The notes under the pieces are model-generated. The model was not told the DNA's origin, did no database searches, and saw only the letters and a program-made list of their open reading frames with translations. Both the position numbers and the translations under genes were made by a program. From a virus (Duplodnaviria > Caudoviricetes), in the IMG/VR virus record IMGVR_UViG_2823261200_000003, positions 13,934-77,933 of that record: DNA of 64,000 nucleotides. One strand, 5' to 3'. Shown piece by piece: positions 25,795 through 35,234 of this stretch. Each line of letters starts with the position of its first letter. Within the stretch, counting starts at the first letter, position 1.

Positions 25795-26627
25795 TTTTTA
25801 CTTTCCCCTTTCACTTTATTAAACTTGCCGCCAACTACGGTCATTTTGCTTAGCCAATCCCCACCTAGACCGTCACCATTATGCGAGAGTTTGACAATTT
25901 TGTACTCACCATTGAAATATTCGATAATAGACTGCACCTTGACAAGTCCGCCAATTTGCAATGCGGGATTAAGTAAACAAGTCAGCTCCAAACCATCATC
26001 GGTTTGTTCTGGCGTACCTATCATCCCCGTTGCTTGGTTTAATAATACCGCCTCATCATTAAGCACCTTGTCATAAGGAAGAAAAAGCAACTTGCCATCT
26101 TGAATTGACCAGTTTGCTTTATTATTTTTAGCGATACGATTAAGGATCTCTCGGCTATCACCATTTAATACTCTTGCACGGGGTAATTGACGTTTATTGA
26201 CGACATCTTGCGTCCCCGCCTCAAGTGCGGGCATATTTTTTTGCACTTCCGCGAGGATTTGTTCATCCGTTGCCCCTGAATTTAACGTGATATTTGAACG
26301 CCCTTGCGTGTAGGCTTGATGCCCATCTGCACATTCAAGCTCTAAAATAAAATCAAGTCCTTCACGCTTGATTTTTGCCTTAGTAATATCCCCTTGATAA
26401 ATCTGACTAATTCGCTGATACCCCACCGATAACCTCACCTTTTTAAACTGTTGGCTTAACAATTGATTGATATGATTACGGTTTAGATTCCATATTTGAA
26501 TCTGGGCTGGGTTAGGTTTTTCGCTTATGGTCTTATCGATAGAAAAAGCCACTCGCAGTTGGGTGATTGATAGGGTCTCACTGTCGCTGATTAAATCAAG
26601 TTTCCATTGCCGTCCGAACTGTTTCAT
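25791..26627 (-). CDS. Baseplate hub protein
   Basis: WSIQDG, GMIGTP, CLLNP motifs; position. Confidence 0.75.
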   Translation of the reverse strand: MKQFGRQWKLDLISDSETLSITQLRVAFSIDKTISEKPNPAQIQIWNLNRNHINQLLSQQFKKVRLSVGYQRISQIYQGDITKAKIKREGLDFILELECADGHQAYTQGRSNITLNSGATDEQILAEVQKNMPALEAGTQDVVNKRQLPRARVLNGDSREILNRIAKNNKANWSIQDGKLLFLPYDKVLNDEAVLLNQATGMIGTPEQTDDGLELTCLLNPALQIGGLVKVQSIIEYFNGEYKIVKLSHNGDGLGGDWLSKMTVVGGKFNKVKGESKK

Positions 26628-26932
26628 ACTTTGGCCTCAATAAATAGCTGACAACGATTGGCTAAATCCTCAACAGTAGTTGGATCTAAATGTGTTTTGC
26701 TTAACTCCATTAGCCAAAACTGATAGGGTTGTGATGTGCGGTGCAATAATGGCACACCAATAGCGAGTGCCATCCCTTCACAGATTGTGCGTTGGTTGAT
26801 CGGCTCGCTTACGTCCATCACCCAGCATTGCCCAATACTGTTATAACGTAATGTCAGTTTAATTTTCACCCCGTTAAAATCAAATACTTGCTCTTGATAA
26901 GGGGCGTTTGTAATTGGAAGTTGATACCACAT
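26624..26932 (-). CDS. Baseplate plug-like protein
   Basis: Position and size in the baseplate cluster. Confidence 0.65.
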   Translation of the reverse strand: MWYQLPITNAPYQEQVFDFNGVKIKLTLRYNSIGQCWVMDVSEPINQRTICEGMALAIGVPLLHRTSQPYQFWLMELSKTHLDPTTVEDLANRCQLFIEAKV

Positions 26933-26935
26933 CGT

Positions 26936-27697
26936 TTAACTCCGCAAATTATTCAGCCAAGATTTTATCTTTTCAGCCGCTTTAGGTTGAGTGATTCCTT
27001 GATTGACTTTACTCGCAGATTGCACACTTGCCCGCCCACTTTTTTTATTCCCCATTACTCCCTTTATTGATTTTGTTTCGACAATAAAAATCTCGCGGGC
27101 AGTCAGGGTAAATTCAGCCGAACCGTCCGCCGTTTGTTTTACGCTAACTGATTGTAATAGCATATTTTGGTAAAGGTGTAAGCCCGTTTGAATATCAATG
27201 GTTTCACCTGACTTTTGACAGGCGATTAAATCCGCATAGCATTTTTTTACTCTGCTGCTATTCGGTGAACTATCAAGCAGATTACCTAACCCAAAATCCG
27301 GTAAAAAAGGGGCTAAGGCTCTGACTTGCCCGAAAACTTGCTGAGCCTGAGCAGCCATTCCTAACCCTTGACTAAGTAGTCGCGTTGCTTTACTCAAAGT
27401 TTGTGCGGTTTGCATAGCAAAAGGAACAGGTAAAGGCAATTGGTTAAGAAAATCTGTTGCTCCCCGAATGTGAGGAAGCCCCAATTCAGACAATCCTAAA
27501 CCTTGCTGATCGTGATCGACCATTACCCCTACAATCGTGATTTGTTTAGGTTGCAATACGCTGTGATCCGCAATGCTTGCTCCAGACTCAATCGGATTTT
27601 CCGTAATGGATAATTCCGATTGATGGCTCTCTTCTGTCGTCGCATCTAATTTAATATTACCGATCGCACGGTTAGAAATTTGTACAAAATCTAACAT
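26936..27697 (-). CDS. Tail tube initiator/baseplate protein
   Basis: ITENPIESGASIADH; follows tape measure. Confidence 0.75.
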   Translation of the reverse strand: MLDFVQISNRAIGNIKLDATTEESHQSELSITENPIESGASIADHSVLQPKQITIVGVMVDHDQQGLGLSELGLPHIRGATDFLNQLPLPVPFAMQTAQTLSKATRLLSQGLGMAAQAQQVFGQVRALAPFLPDFGLGNLLDSSPNSSRVKKCYADLIACQKSGETIDIQTGLHLYQNMLLQSVSVKQTADGSAEFTLTAREIFIVETKSIKGVMGNKKSGRASVQSASKVNQGITQPKAAEKIKSWLNNLRS

Positions 27698-27742
27698 AAT
27701 TATTGCCTTTTTTATTATTTCCTTTTTTATCAGTTCCGTGCC

Positions 27743-27780
27743 GTAAAACTCCGTCCTTTAGGTGGGGGGGGGAGAGGATA
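27743..27780. mobile_element. IS200/IS605-like end hairpin remnant with G9 tract
   Basis: GTAAAACTCCGTCC-TTTA-GGTGGGGGGGGGAGAGGATA resembles IS605-family subterminal hairpins; no transposase nearby. Confidence 0.5.
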
Positions 27781-27786
27781 TTAAGT

Positions 27787-27849
27787 CCTACAACAAGAAA
27801 TAAAATCGCTAACGCATTAGGGATCAACCCTGAACAACTTGATTTCTAA
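27787..27849 (+). pseudogene. C-terminal remnant of an XRE-type HTH gene
   Basis: PTTRNKIANALGINPEQLDF-stop with no start codon. Confidence 0.65.
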
Positions 27850-27851
27850 CT

Positions 27852-29786
27852 TCACATTGCGAAGCTAGATTGTCCATTTTGAATTGTGCGATTGACTTCA
27901 TTAGCGATCAATTTTGCGTCTTGTTGAGGGTTTCCTGAGCTTTGCAAGGTAATGTTCGTCGTTACCTTGTTGTTGCTATTTTTTACGCTGTTATCCGCGT
28001 TATTCGCAACCGCCCCTGCGGCAGGAAGTGCGGTCGGATTGAGATCGTTTTTCTCCGCCTTATCACCGCCAAACCAGCCACTGAACCACCCTCCGCCTTC
28101 TTTGTCAGAAGAGAAAAATCCCTTTACCCCTTCAACAATCGGCTTAATGTAAGTATCGTATTTTTCCGTTACCCAATTAAACGCCGCCTCAAAAGGCTTT
28201 TTGATAAAATCAGTGACTTGAGCAAAATTCTCTTTCACATTTTCTACGCTAATTTCTTTGCCGGTAAACAGATCCCAAAGGGTTTTGACGAACGTAAATC
28301 CGGCTTTAAACGGAAAGGTGATAATCTCAATCACAGTGTTAAAAATCTCTGAGAGGGAAGACATACTAAACCATTGGGTAAATTGATTCCATTTCGCTTT
28401 TACCCATTTGAACGCGAGGCGAAACGGCGAGGTGATAATCTGCCATAAGCCCGATAGTACCGATCCGAGCATTGTTATACTCGCTTTGACTAAATGAACC
28501 ATAAGGTTAAAGAAATTTTTAGCCACCTTGATCGCCCCGCTTATCATTTTAGTAAAGCCTTGTGCAATCAGATCGCCATCACCGCTAAATATCCCTTGTA
28601 GGAAATTCCAAAGCCCATTCAGATAATCCCAAAGCCCTGAAAATAGCTCAATAACATAATGAATGCTTTCTTCCACCCAAGCCTTCATCAGTGCAAATAT
28701 CGGCTGTAGCTCCTCAAGTTTTTGTTGAATTTTTGCGATAACCTTAATCACAGGCTCCCAGGCTTTGCCAAAATAGCTTTCGCCACCTTGCATATACACA
28801 ATAAGATCGTCGATTAAGGCGATCAACCCCACTAAAGCGGCACAAATTGCGGTAACGGCGAGTAGCATTGGGTTTGTTGCTAAGGTAATGAGCAATTTCC
28901 GATTTAACCAGGCGACGGCCGCCCCGACAAGATAAATGACATTTTTCCAGCCGATAGTTGCCGAAATAACCCGATCTAACGCGTTGATAAAGCCGCTTAT
29001 AAAGCGAATGACTTTACTCAGTTTATCGACAAATTTCGTCAAGGTGCCTTTAATGAGCTGATTGTTGGTAATAAACCATTGCTTAAATATCGCAATAAGC
29101 TCTCGCACGACGGGGGATAGACGAAGCGAAACAAACTCACTCACCCCTTTAATGATTTGCCAGAACTCCGTCATAGCATCTTTAAACGCGGCTGCCTCAT
29201 CCGCATTTTCAGCCGTACCTAACGAAAGAGCTTCCGCATTTTGCAATGCTGCTTCCATTTGCTCATTGCTTAATCGCAGTGTCTGAATCATTGAGGCATC
29301 AATACCGAGTTTAGCTAACATCGCAATTTGCTGTTGTTCGCTCAACCCTTTCATTTTTTGGCGAATCTCTTCCATCATTTCAGAAGCGGTTTTCACATCG
29401 CCATTGGCTTTTTTCGCACTCAATCCATAATGCTCGAAGGCTTTCGCACCTAAGCCGACACCATTTGCTGCTTCACCGATCGTGCGAGAAAGCCCCGCAA
29501 TGGAGGCTTGAGCTGCCTCTGCGGATGAGCCATTGACTTCAGCGACTTTGCCGAGTAGTTGAATTTGTTTCGCTGATTCTCCCGTCACACGTGAAAGCTG
29601 AGCGATTTCATCAAGTGCGGTCAAATTTTTATCTAAAAAAACGCCGATCCCCACTGCCATTGCCCCGATTGCCGCCCCGACAACCCCTGCGGCTTTCCCA
29701 ACGGCTTTGAGTGTACTATCAAATTTTTTTAGTTTTCCTGTATCAGCCTCTACGGCAATTTTCACTAATAACTCACTCAGTAGCAT
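27852..29786 (-). CDS. Tape measure protein
   Basis: 644 aa, Ala/Gly-rich with aromatic periodicity; follows the chaperones. Confidence 0.9.
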   Translation of the reverse strand: MLLSELLVKIAVEADTGKLKKFDSTLKAVGKAAGVVGAAIGAMAVGIGVFLDKNLTALDEIAQLSRVTGESAKQIQLLGKVAEVNGSSAEAAQASIAGLSRTIGEAANGVGLGAKAFEHYGLSAKKANGDVKTASEMMEEIRQKMKGLSEQQQIAMLAKLGIDASMIQTLRLSNEQMEAALQNAEALSLGTAENADEAAAFKDAMTEFWQIIKGVSEFVSLRLSPVVRELIAIFKQWFITNNQLIKGTLTKFVDKLSKVIRFISGFINALDRVISATIGWKNVIYLVGAAVAWLNRKLLITLATNPMLLAVTAICAALVGLIALIDDLIVYMQGGESYFGKAWEPVIKVIAKIQQKLEELQPIFALMKAWVEESIHYVIELFSGLWDYLNGLWNFLQGIFSGDGDLIAQGFTKMISGAIKVAKNFFNLMVHLVKASITMLGSVLSGLWQIITSPFRLAFKWVKAKWNQFTQWFSMSSLSEIFNTVIEIITFPFKAGFTFVKTLWDLFTGKEISVENVKENFAQVTDFIKKPFEAAFNWVTEKYDTYIKPIVEGVKGFFSSDKEGGGWFSGWFGGDKAEKNDLNPTALPAAGAVANNADNSVKNSNNKVTTNITLQSSGNPQQDAKLIANEVNRTIQNGQSSFAM

Positions 29787-30000
29787 TTTGCTCAGCCTCC
29801 AACATTTCTACGACCACCGAATGAAAATCGAGCAAATCGCCTAAGCTATAGACCGTTCTTAAATCGTTTAGGGTGCAAAGGTTTTTCACAATCGGGGTAA
29901 AAATAAACCAATCAACTAAGGATTGGCAGGTTTGATGTCGTTTAGTGGATTGATTGAGGGTAGCATATCTTTCAGCAATCCACCCCCACCGATAAAAAAA
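29773..30000 (-). CDS. Tail chaperone GT extension reached by -1 frameshift
   Basis: Slippery T-TTT-TTT at 30000-29994; -1 frame open to VDWFIFTPIVKNLCTLNDLRTVYSLGDLLDFH...NATE-stop. Confidence 0.8.
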   Translation of the reverse strand, partial: FFYRWGWIAERYATLNQSTKRHQTCQSLVDWFIFTPIVKNLCTLNDLRTVYSLGDLLDFHSVVVEMLEAEQNATE

Positions 30001-30341
30001 TCCGCAAATTGATATCTCGTCCCGTTTATCAAAACGGGGAATAAATGCCCTCGATATTGATTAAAATGTTTATCGAGCTGATGAGATAAACGATATTGCT
30101 GACCGTGTAGATTGGCAACGGTATGATTAAGTACAATCTCTTCAATTGCCTTGATCTCAGGTGAACCTAAATGAGCTAATAATGCCCCTAATACCGATTC
30201 ACCGATTTTTGTGGTATCTTCGCCAAGCTGAATACCTTGTGCTAATTTCAATGCGTTTTTAAGTGCCGACCACGCCCCCATTGCATTAGCCGGTGTCATT
30301 CGGTATTCAACCTCATCTAATTGAAAAACAAACTCTTGCAT
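29916..30341 (-). CDS. Tail assembly chaperone (G)
   Basis: Between tube and tape measure; YQFADFF at the slippery site. Confidence 0.85.
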   Translation of the reverse strand: MQEFVFQLDEVEYRMTPANAMGAWSALKNALKLAQGIQLGEDTTKIGESVLGALLAHLGSPEIKAIEEIVLNHTVANLHGQQYRLSHQLDKHFNQYRGHLFPVLINGTRYQFADFFIGGGGLLKDMLPSINPLNDIKPANP

Positions 30342-30343
30342 TG

Positions 30344-30772
30344 TTATACTCCTTTCTCAAGATTAAGCGTCATTTTTTCAAATTCAATCACCCAAGTTTG
30401 AGCGTTATGCCCCGCCCCACGCGTAAAACCGGTTGGGGTGGTGAAATAGCCTTTCGTTGCGGTCACCACATCATCATTAAGTAAATCTCGAATAGATAGG
30501 GTCATCGGGCTAAAGGTTTTAATCGCGGATTTTTGTTGGTTAAATAATTTACTTAAATACGCATTGTCCTCAGAATGTTGCTTAATTTTTAGGGTAAGTT
30601 TGCCTGACGAATCAGGATTTGCCACAAAAACCCCTGTGCCATTTGCTCCAATTGTCCAGCTCCCCGCATCTTGATTTTGCACCGCACTAATCACATCAGC
30701 ACCGTCTGCCCAATCACTAATTTCTCTGCCGCCTAACAAAACAATCACTTGTTTTGGATCAAAAACCGCCAT
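30344..30772 (-). CDS. Tail tube protein (DUF3277-like)
   Basis: MAVFDPKQV, GKLTLKIKQHSEDN; follows the sheath. Confidence 0.8.
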   Translation of the reverse strand: MAVFDPKQVIVLLGGREISDWADGADVISAVQNQDAGSWTIGANGTGVFVANPDSSGKLTLKIKQHSEDNAYLSKLFNQQKSAIKTFSPMTLSIRDLLNDDVVTATKGYFTTPTGFTRGAGHNAQTWVIEFEKMTLNLEKGV

Positions 30773-30781
30773 AAAGCCTCC

Positions 30782-32284
30782 TTATCGGTTATAGTTAATA
30801 ATGACATCAGATTGATGGATTGCCCCCGCTAGCTTCACCGCCGTTTGAATTGGCGTAGCTTTGCGTTGCTCTCGATCGCTATCAGAAAGCGTATCCATTG
30901 GAGCGGCCCAAACATAATAGCCTTTTTCGAGATAATCGTTCGTATTGAGATTTCCAAAGCTGTCGCCAGTCCATTGACCGGGTGCAAACGCCCCGTTATT
31001 AATCCCCTCTTGGCAAACTTTTTCCACCGCTGAAATTAAAATTGCCTGCCCTTTATCGGTAAGTGGAATTTTGGTTGGGGATTTATATAACCGTGCAAAC
31101 ACTTCTTTTTGTACGGCATCAGTAAACCAATCTAAGATCACAATTTCATCCGCAAATTTACCGCCAATAACGGTTCCCTCAGCTAACATTGCTACATCGT
31201 CATAATAGGTATAAAAGTTGATCCCTAATCGTTTCGCTTTATTCGCTTCAGTTAAGGTGACATCATCTGCGGTAATGGTGGGCTGCTGTTTAAATTTGAG
31301 TGTGATGGTTGAATTATTCGCGGCAAAATTCATCGCAAGGAGGCGAGCCATTGCGGAAGACGCGGCGTACATATCATCTTTATCGTAAATCGCCAGCGTA
31401 TGATCTAAGCCGGCATCAAATAATTTTTTATAAATATTGCCTGTAGTAAATTCTAACTGTTCAGAGCGGATCACATTTGCCCCAAATAATTTTGTATTGG
31501 CTTGTGCGTATTTTGCTGCGGTTTCTACCTGCTCATCGGTTAATTGTGCGGCGAATAAGAAACCATAGAAATTATTATTGACCTCCGCAAAATTAAATAA
31601 GGCTTCACCGATCGTTTCCGCATTGAAACTTATCTGATTTTTACCGATAATCTGACTAGCTTGTCCGTTTTCCAGCTTAAGCATTGCTCCGATATAATCG
31701 CCATCGCTACTATCGGCAAAAACATAATGAAGTAACGTTGTCTTATCCTCACCTGCCGTTTTCGCACTAAAAATAAAACGGTTACCCGTTTGATCGTAGC
31801 TCACTTGAATTTTAAGTGCGGTGAGTTTTTCCTGAATTTTGCTCGCAATCGCGGCAAAATCCGCACATTCACTAAAATTTAACCCCGTTACTTTTTGAAT
31901 CGTACTGTCTTGCGTAAAGGCAAAACAGCCGTTGGTAATTTTCTTAAAGGCTTCTAGCGTATGGTTAAGGGTGGCACCCCGCAATTCATTTTTGGTCGCC
32001 TCAATGGTTTTTGCGTTTTTCTGCCAGCGTCCAATAATTAATTGTTTTGCTCGTGGGCTTTGGGCAAAAAAAGGCAATGCCGCTTTTGCCGTTTCGCTTT
32101 CCGTCCCAAAGGCAAGCTCCACCTCACGTTGGCTATTAACGTATAGATAGCGGGTTTTCATATCTGTAAACACATTCCCCGCCTCGGGGGTAAATAATAC
32201 CACTACGCCAAAATCTTTACGTGAAGCAGATTTTGGCACGGTATTAAGTTGTACATTGACAATATTCGAAATCGATAATGCCAT
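30782..32284 (-). CDS. Tail sheath protein (DUF3383-like)
   Basis: ISNIVNV, FFAQSP, KIPLTDKG, LAGAIH. Confidence 0.88.
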   Translation of the reverse strand: MALSISNIVNVQLNTVPKSASRKDFGVVVLFTPEAGNVFTDMKTRYLYVNSQREVELAFGTESETAKAALPFFAQSPRAKQLIIGRWQKNAKTIEATKNELRGATLNHTLEAFKKITNGCFAFTQDSTIQKVTGLNFSECADFAAIASKIQEKLTALKIQVSYDQTGNRFIFSAKTAGEDKTTLLHYVFADSSDGDYIGAMLKLENGQASQIIGKNQISFNAETIGEALFNFAEVNNNFYGFLFAAQLTDEQVETAAKYAQANTKLFGANVIRSEQLEFTTGNIYKKLFDAGLDHTLAIYDKDDMYAASSAMARLLAMNFAANNSTITLKFKQQPTITADDVTLTEANKAKRLGINFYTYYDDVAMLAEGTVIGGKFADEIVILDWFTDAVQKEVFARLYKSPTKIPLTDKGQAILISAVEKVCQEGINNGAFAPGQWTGDSFGNLNTNDYLEKGYYVWAAPMDTLSDSDREQRKATPIQTAVKLAGAIHQSDVIINYNR

Positions 32285-32287
32285 AGC

Positions 32288-32800
32288 TTATCTCCTTATA
32301 TTTTTGGTTAATTGCTGATTGGTTGCGACATCAACTTGTGCGATTGCTTCAAGTGGTGTTTCGATAATAATTTGATGAGATAAGGTGAGATCCATCTGCC
32401 CGCGTTCTTCATAGCCGCCACCGAGCGTTGCCGTAAGATTGCGTACAGCAGAATAATCAATGATCGCACAGTGCATTGCGTTGAATACGTCAATCATTGC
32501 TGAGCTTTGCAGTACACTGCGTAATTTATTGACAAGCGTGATCGCCCCTGTCCCATAGGCTGAAAGGCTAATTGTTGATAAACAGCTCGTGGTGATCCGC
32601 TCAGTCTTACCATTAAATGCTCGCCTGCTCTGCCCGATTTCCTCCGTTGAGAGTAAATCAACCGTAACAAAAGCACAGGGGTAACGCTGACCTTTTGGTA
32701 GATAACCACTTATCACACTGTGTTCAGGTAATTGTAAAGCCTGTTGAATGGCCTTGCGTAGTTGCACTAAGTCGAGTTGCGAAATAGTGGTAGTAACCAT
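32288..32800 (-). CDS. Neck/tail terminator protein
   Basis: Position before the sheath; YEERGQMDL. Confidence 0.7.
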   Translation of the reverse strand: MVTTTISQLDLVQLRKAIQQALQLPEHSVISGYLPKGQRYPCAFVTVDLLSTEEIGQSRRAFNGKTERITTSCLSTISLSAYGTGAITLVNKLRSVLQSSAMIDVFNAMHCAIIDYSAVRNLTATLGGGYEERGQMDLTLSHQIIIETPLEAIAQVDVATNQQLTKNIRR

Positions 32801-33071
32801 AGTCCCCCCAGTCTGTCGCACTTGTAATACGGTATTTGAAATGACGAAATAGCACTAAATCCCCGCATTTAAGCGGTTCTTGCGTAAAAATTTTCAATGT
32901 GGGTAAATAACGCTCCCCCTCAGGAAGTCGTTGAAGATCGTTAGCACTTGCGGGAATAACAATCGCCACCCTCATTTCTTCTGTGAAATCCGTTTCATCT
33001 TCGTTAGCAATAAAAACGGTTACCGTTTTACGAAAAAGACTTGAGCGAAATCGCCCTGATTGGTTAATCAT
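32724..33071 (-). CDS. Head closure-like protein
   Basis: DLQRLPEGER, DWGDYGY. Confidence 0.7.
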   Translation of the reverse strand: MINQSGRFRSSLFRKTVTVFIANEDETDFTEEMRVAIVIPASANDLQRLPEGERYLPTLKIFTQEPLKCGDLVLFRHFKYRITSATDWGDYGYYHYFATRLSATTQGHSTGFTIT

Positions 33072-33511
33072 CTCACCACTCCTTTAATTGATTGCCGTAA
33101 ACGCCCCGTATCAATTAAGGGTTTACTTGATTTCTTGCGTTTTATCGTTGAAGGTGCATTTTTCGCCCAATCACCCTGTTCAATGTTTTTCTGAACATCA
33201 GCTTGGGCAATTTGAGCGATTTTACTTAACAAATGGTGTGCGTCCTCTCCGTTGTTAATGCCCTCACGATAAAGTGCGGTGTATTTTGCGGTATTTTCTT
33301 TCAGCGTTTGCGTTAAAAAAGGACGTGCTGGAATGCGTTTATCCGCTGAACCAAACTCTAAAACAGCCGCTAAAGTCGCAAGATTAAACCCCTCTTCCAA
33401 CACCGCGTTATCCTCAGCGGGAATACCCACAGCAATATCACGTTTAGCTAACTGTTCCAGTTTTGTTGCCAGTTCTTGGATCGCATTTTCCCCATTCCAT
33501 TCCACACTCAT
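33068..33511 (-). CDS. Tail completion/neck protein
   Basis: EFG...IPARPFL, KPLIDTG. Confidence 0.75.
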   Translation of the reverse strand: MSVEWNGENAIQELATKLEQLAKRDIAVGIPAEDNAVLEEGFNLATLAAVLEFGSADKRIPARPFLTQTLKENTAKYTALYREGINNGEDAHHLLSKIAQIAQADVQKNIEQGDWAKNAPSTIKRKKSSKPLIDTGRLRQSIKGVVR

Positions 33512-33858
33512 ACCACCATCACCCCTATGCCAACAAGATTGCGTAATCGAAGATACTCCTGTCCATAAGCGGTTAAATGGTAAGCCTCACCGCCGTTAGG
33601 CGGTATAGCATAACTTGCCGATAATTCGCCCACACTTTCACTAGCCAATAACGCAATTGGTCCTCCCGCATTTTCACTCACCCTTTTACGCATTGCGATA
33701 AAATGAGCCGTTAATGCCAACACACCGCGACAATACAGATGACGCCATTGCCTTTCGTCAATCTCTTGTTTTGCATCCTCAATAAAAAAGCCGATGGTAT
33801 TATCATCGGCTCGCTCAAATTCAGGATAACGCCCCTTAAAGGCTTCAATGGTTGGCAT
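33508..33858 (-). CDS. Head-tail adaptor (DUF4054-like)
   Basis: FKGRYPEF, TAH, SESVGELSASY, TAYGQEY. Confidence 0.8.
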   Translation of the reverse strand: MPTIEAFKGRYPEFERADDNTIGFFIEDAKQEIDERQWRHLYCRGVLALTAHFIAMRKRVSENAGGPIALLASESVGELSASYAIPPNGGEAYHLTAYGQEYLRLRNLVGIGVMVV

Positions 33859-33866
33859 TTTGCCTC

Positions 33867-34769
33867 CTAATAGTCAATGTATAATGCAGAATCAGGCTCG
33901 AGGAAGGTTACGCCACCAAAAGCCATACGTAATCCTGTTTCATAAGTGACCAAGCCTTTTTCTTTCGCCCCTAATACACTCGGCGACATCGGCACATCAA
34001 ACACCACATAATTTGGATCGTTAATATAAGCAATCGCCCGTGTTTTACCCGTCGTCACTTGTGTACCAAAATTAGACGGTAACGCTTTAATTGATACCGT
34101 TTTCCCCGCAGCCGCACTTAAATTTTTTGTCAAATATTCAAGAGCGCTAATATCGGTTTTATCACGGGTAAGTAACGCAAGATGAGCCAAGTCCATACCG
34201 TCAATGGCAAAGACATTCGGCGTATCAATACGGTGTGTTTTTTCCATTCCACGCAAGAAAATCTCTTTGAAGAAGGTAACCGCCTCCTCAAAGCTCATCG
34301 TTTTCACCGCTTTTTTAACTGTCGGTGAATAAACCTCCACACCAGAAGCATTTAACAGCCCTTTTAAGCGAGTATCACGCCCGTGTCCCAAAAACGCCAC
34401 TTTCTGCAAGGTTTGTTGAGCATTTTTGTTTAATGCCATAATTTTTTGCGTATCTACCGCCACATTAAACAATTTAGCACGCTCTAGCTCAATCTGATTA
34501 TATTGCACGGTTTTGATCCAATCTACAATCGGCGTACGTGCGTGATTAAAGGTGACAGAAACTTGATCAAAGGTCGTGGTGTTATCGCCAACTAAACCAC
34601 TATCTAAATCCCCTGAAATATCTGCACCAAAGTGGATTTTTTCCGTTATCCCCACGCCACCATTTTGATCGACGTGAACAAATTGAGGAAACACAATTTC
34701 AGGGTATTTCGTTTGTGTCATTTGCCCACGCACTTGCGTTAATGCACTAGTTAAATAAGATAATGCCAT
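33867..34769 (-). CDS. Major capsid protein (DUF2184-like)
   Basis: 300 aa; GLLN, FGGV; follows decoration and protease genes. Confidence 0.85.
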   Translation of the reverse strand: MALSYLTSALTQVRGQMTQTKYPEIVFPQFVHVDQNGGVGITEKIHFGADISGDLDSGLVGDNTTTFDQVSVTFNHARTPIVDWIKTVQYNQIELERAKLFNVAVDTQKIMALNKNAQQTLQKVAFLGHGRDTRLKGLLNASGVEVYSPTVKKAVKTMSFEEAVTFFKEIFLRGMEKTHRIDTPNVFAIDGMDLAHLALLTRDKTDISALEYLTKNLSAAAGKTVSIKALPSNFGTQVTTGKTRAIAYINDPNYVVFDVPMSPSVLGAKEKGLVTYETGLRMAFGGVTFLEPDSALYIDY

Positions 34770-34781
34770 TTTAATTTACTC

Positions 34782-35234
34782 CTATAAACGTGTAATTTCT
34801 GCTAAATGTTCCGTGGCATTGATGACCACAAAATCGGTGGCAATGGTTTTACCGCTATCTTCAGCTTTATCAATCGTGCCAACCTCTTTATCGCCATTTT
34901 TCACCGCTCTTACATAGACCTTATCGCCACGCACAACGCTAACGCCCTTACCAACGGTAACCCAAACACTGTCCCCTTGCGTAATATGCATCACATCGAC
35001 CAAATCATTGGGCTGAAAATCATCTTTAATTAGCGATCGCACAATCACCCCCGCAATCACATCTGTTAGCGCACTTAATGGCTTAACGCCTCCTGTCGCG
35101 TCAATGGCAACAAACAAGCCCGCCTGAATAGGACTTTTGCCTTTAAATTGTTCTGAAGTGGTTTTCGCACTGGCTAATCCGCCTTTACCCACTTCCCCCG
35201 CAAATGTACGAGTAGTGCTATTTGCATATGCCAT
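34782..35234 (-). CDS. Capsid decoration/cement protein
   Basis: GDSVWV...GDKVYVR; position. Confidence 0.7.
   Translation of the reverse strand: MAYANSTTRTFAGEVGKGGLASAKTTSEQFKGKSPIQAGLFVAIDATGGVKPLSALTDVIAGVIVRSLIKDDFQPNDLVDVMHITQGDSVWVTVGKGVSVVRGDKVYVRAVKNGDKEVGTIDKAEDSGKTIATDFVVINATEHLAEITRL

Noticed and set aside
27764-27772. G9 tract as a phase-variation switch
   Set aside because: Not inside an intact ORF or a recognisable promoter spacer; better explained as part of an IS-like hairpin
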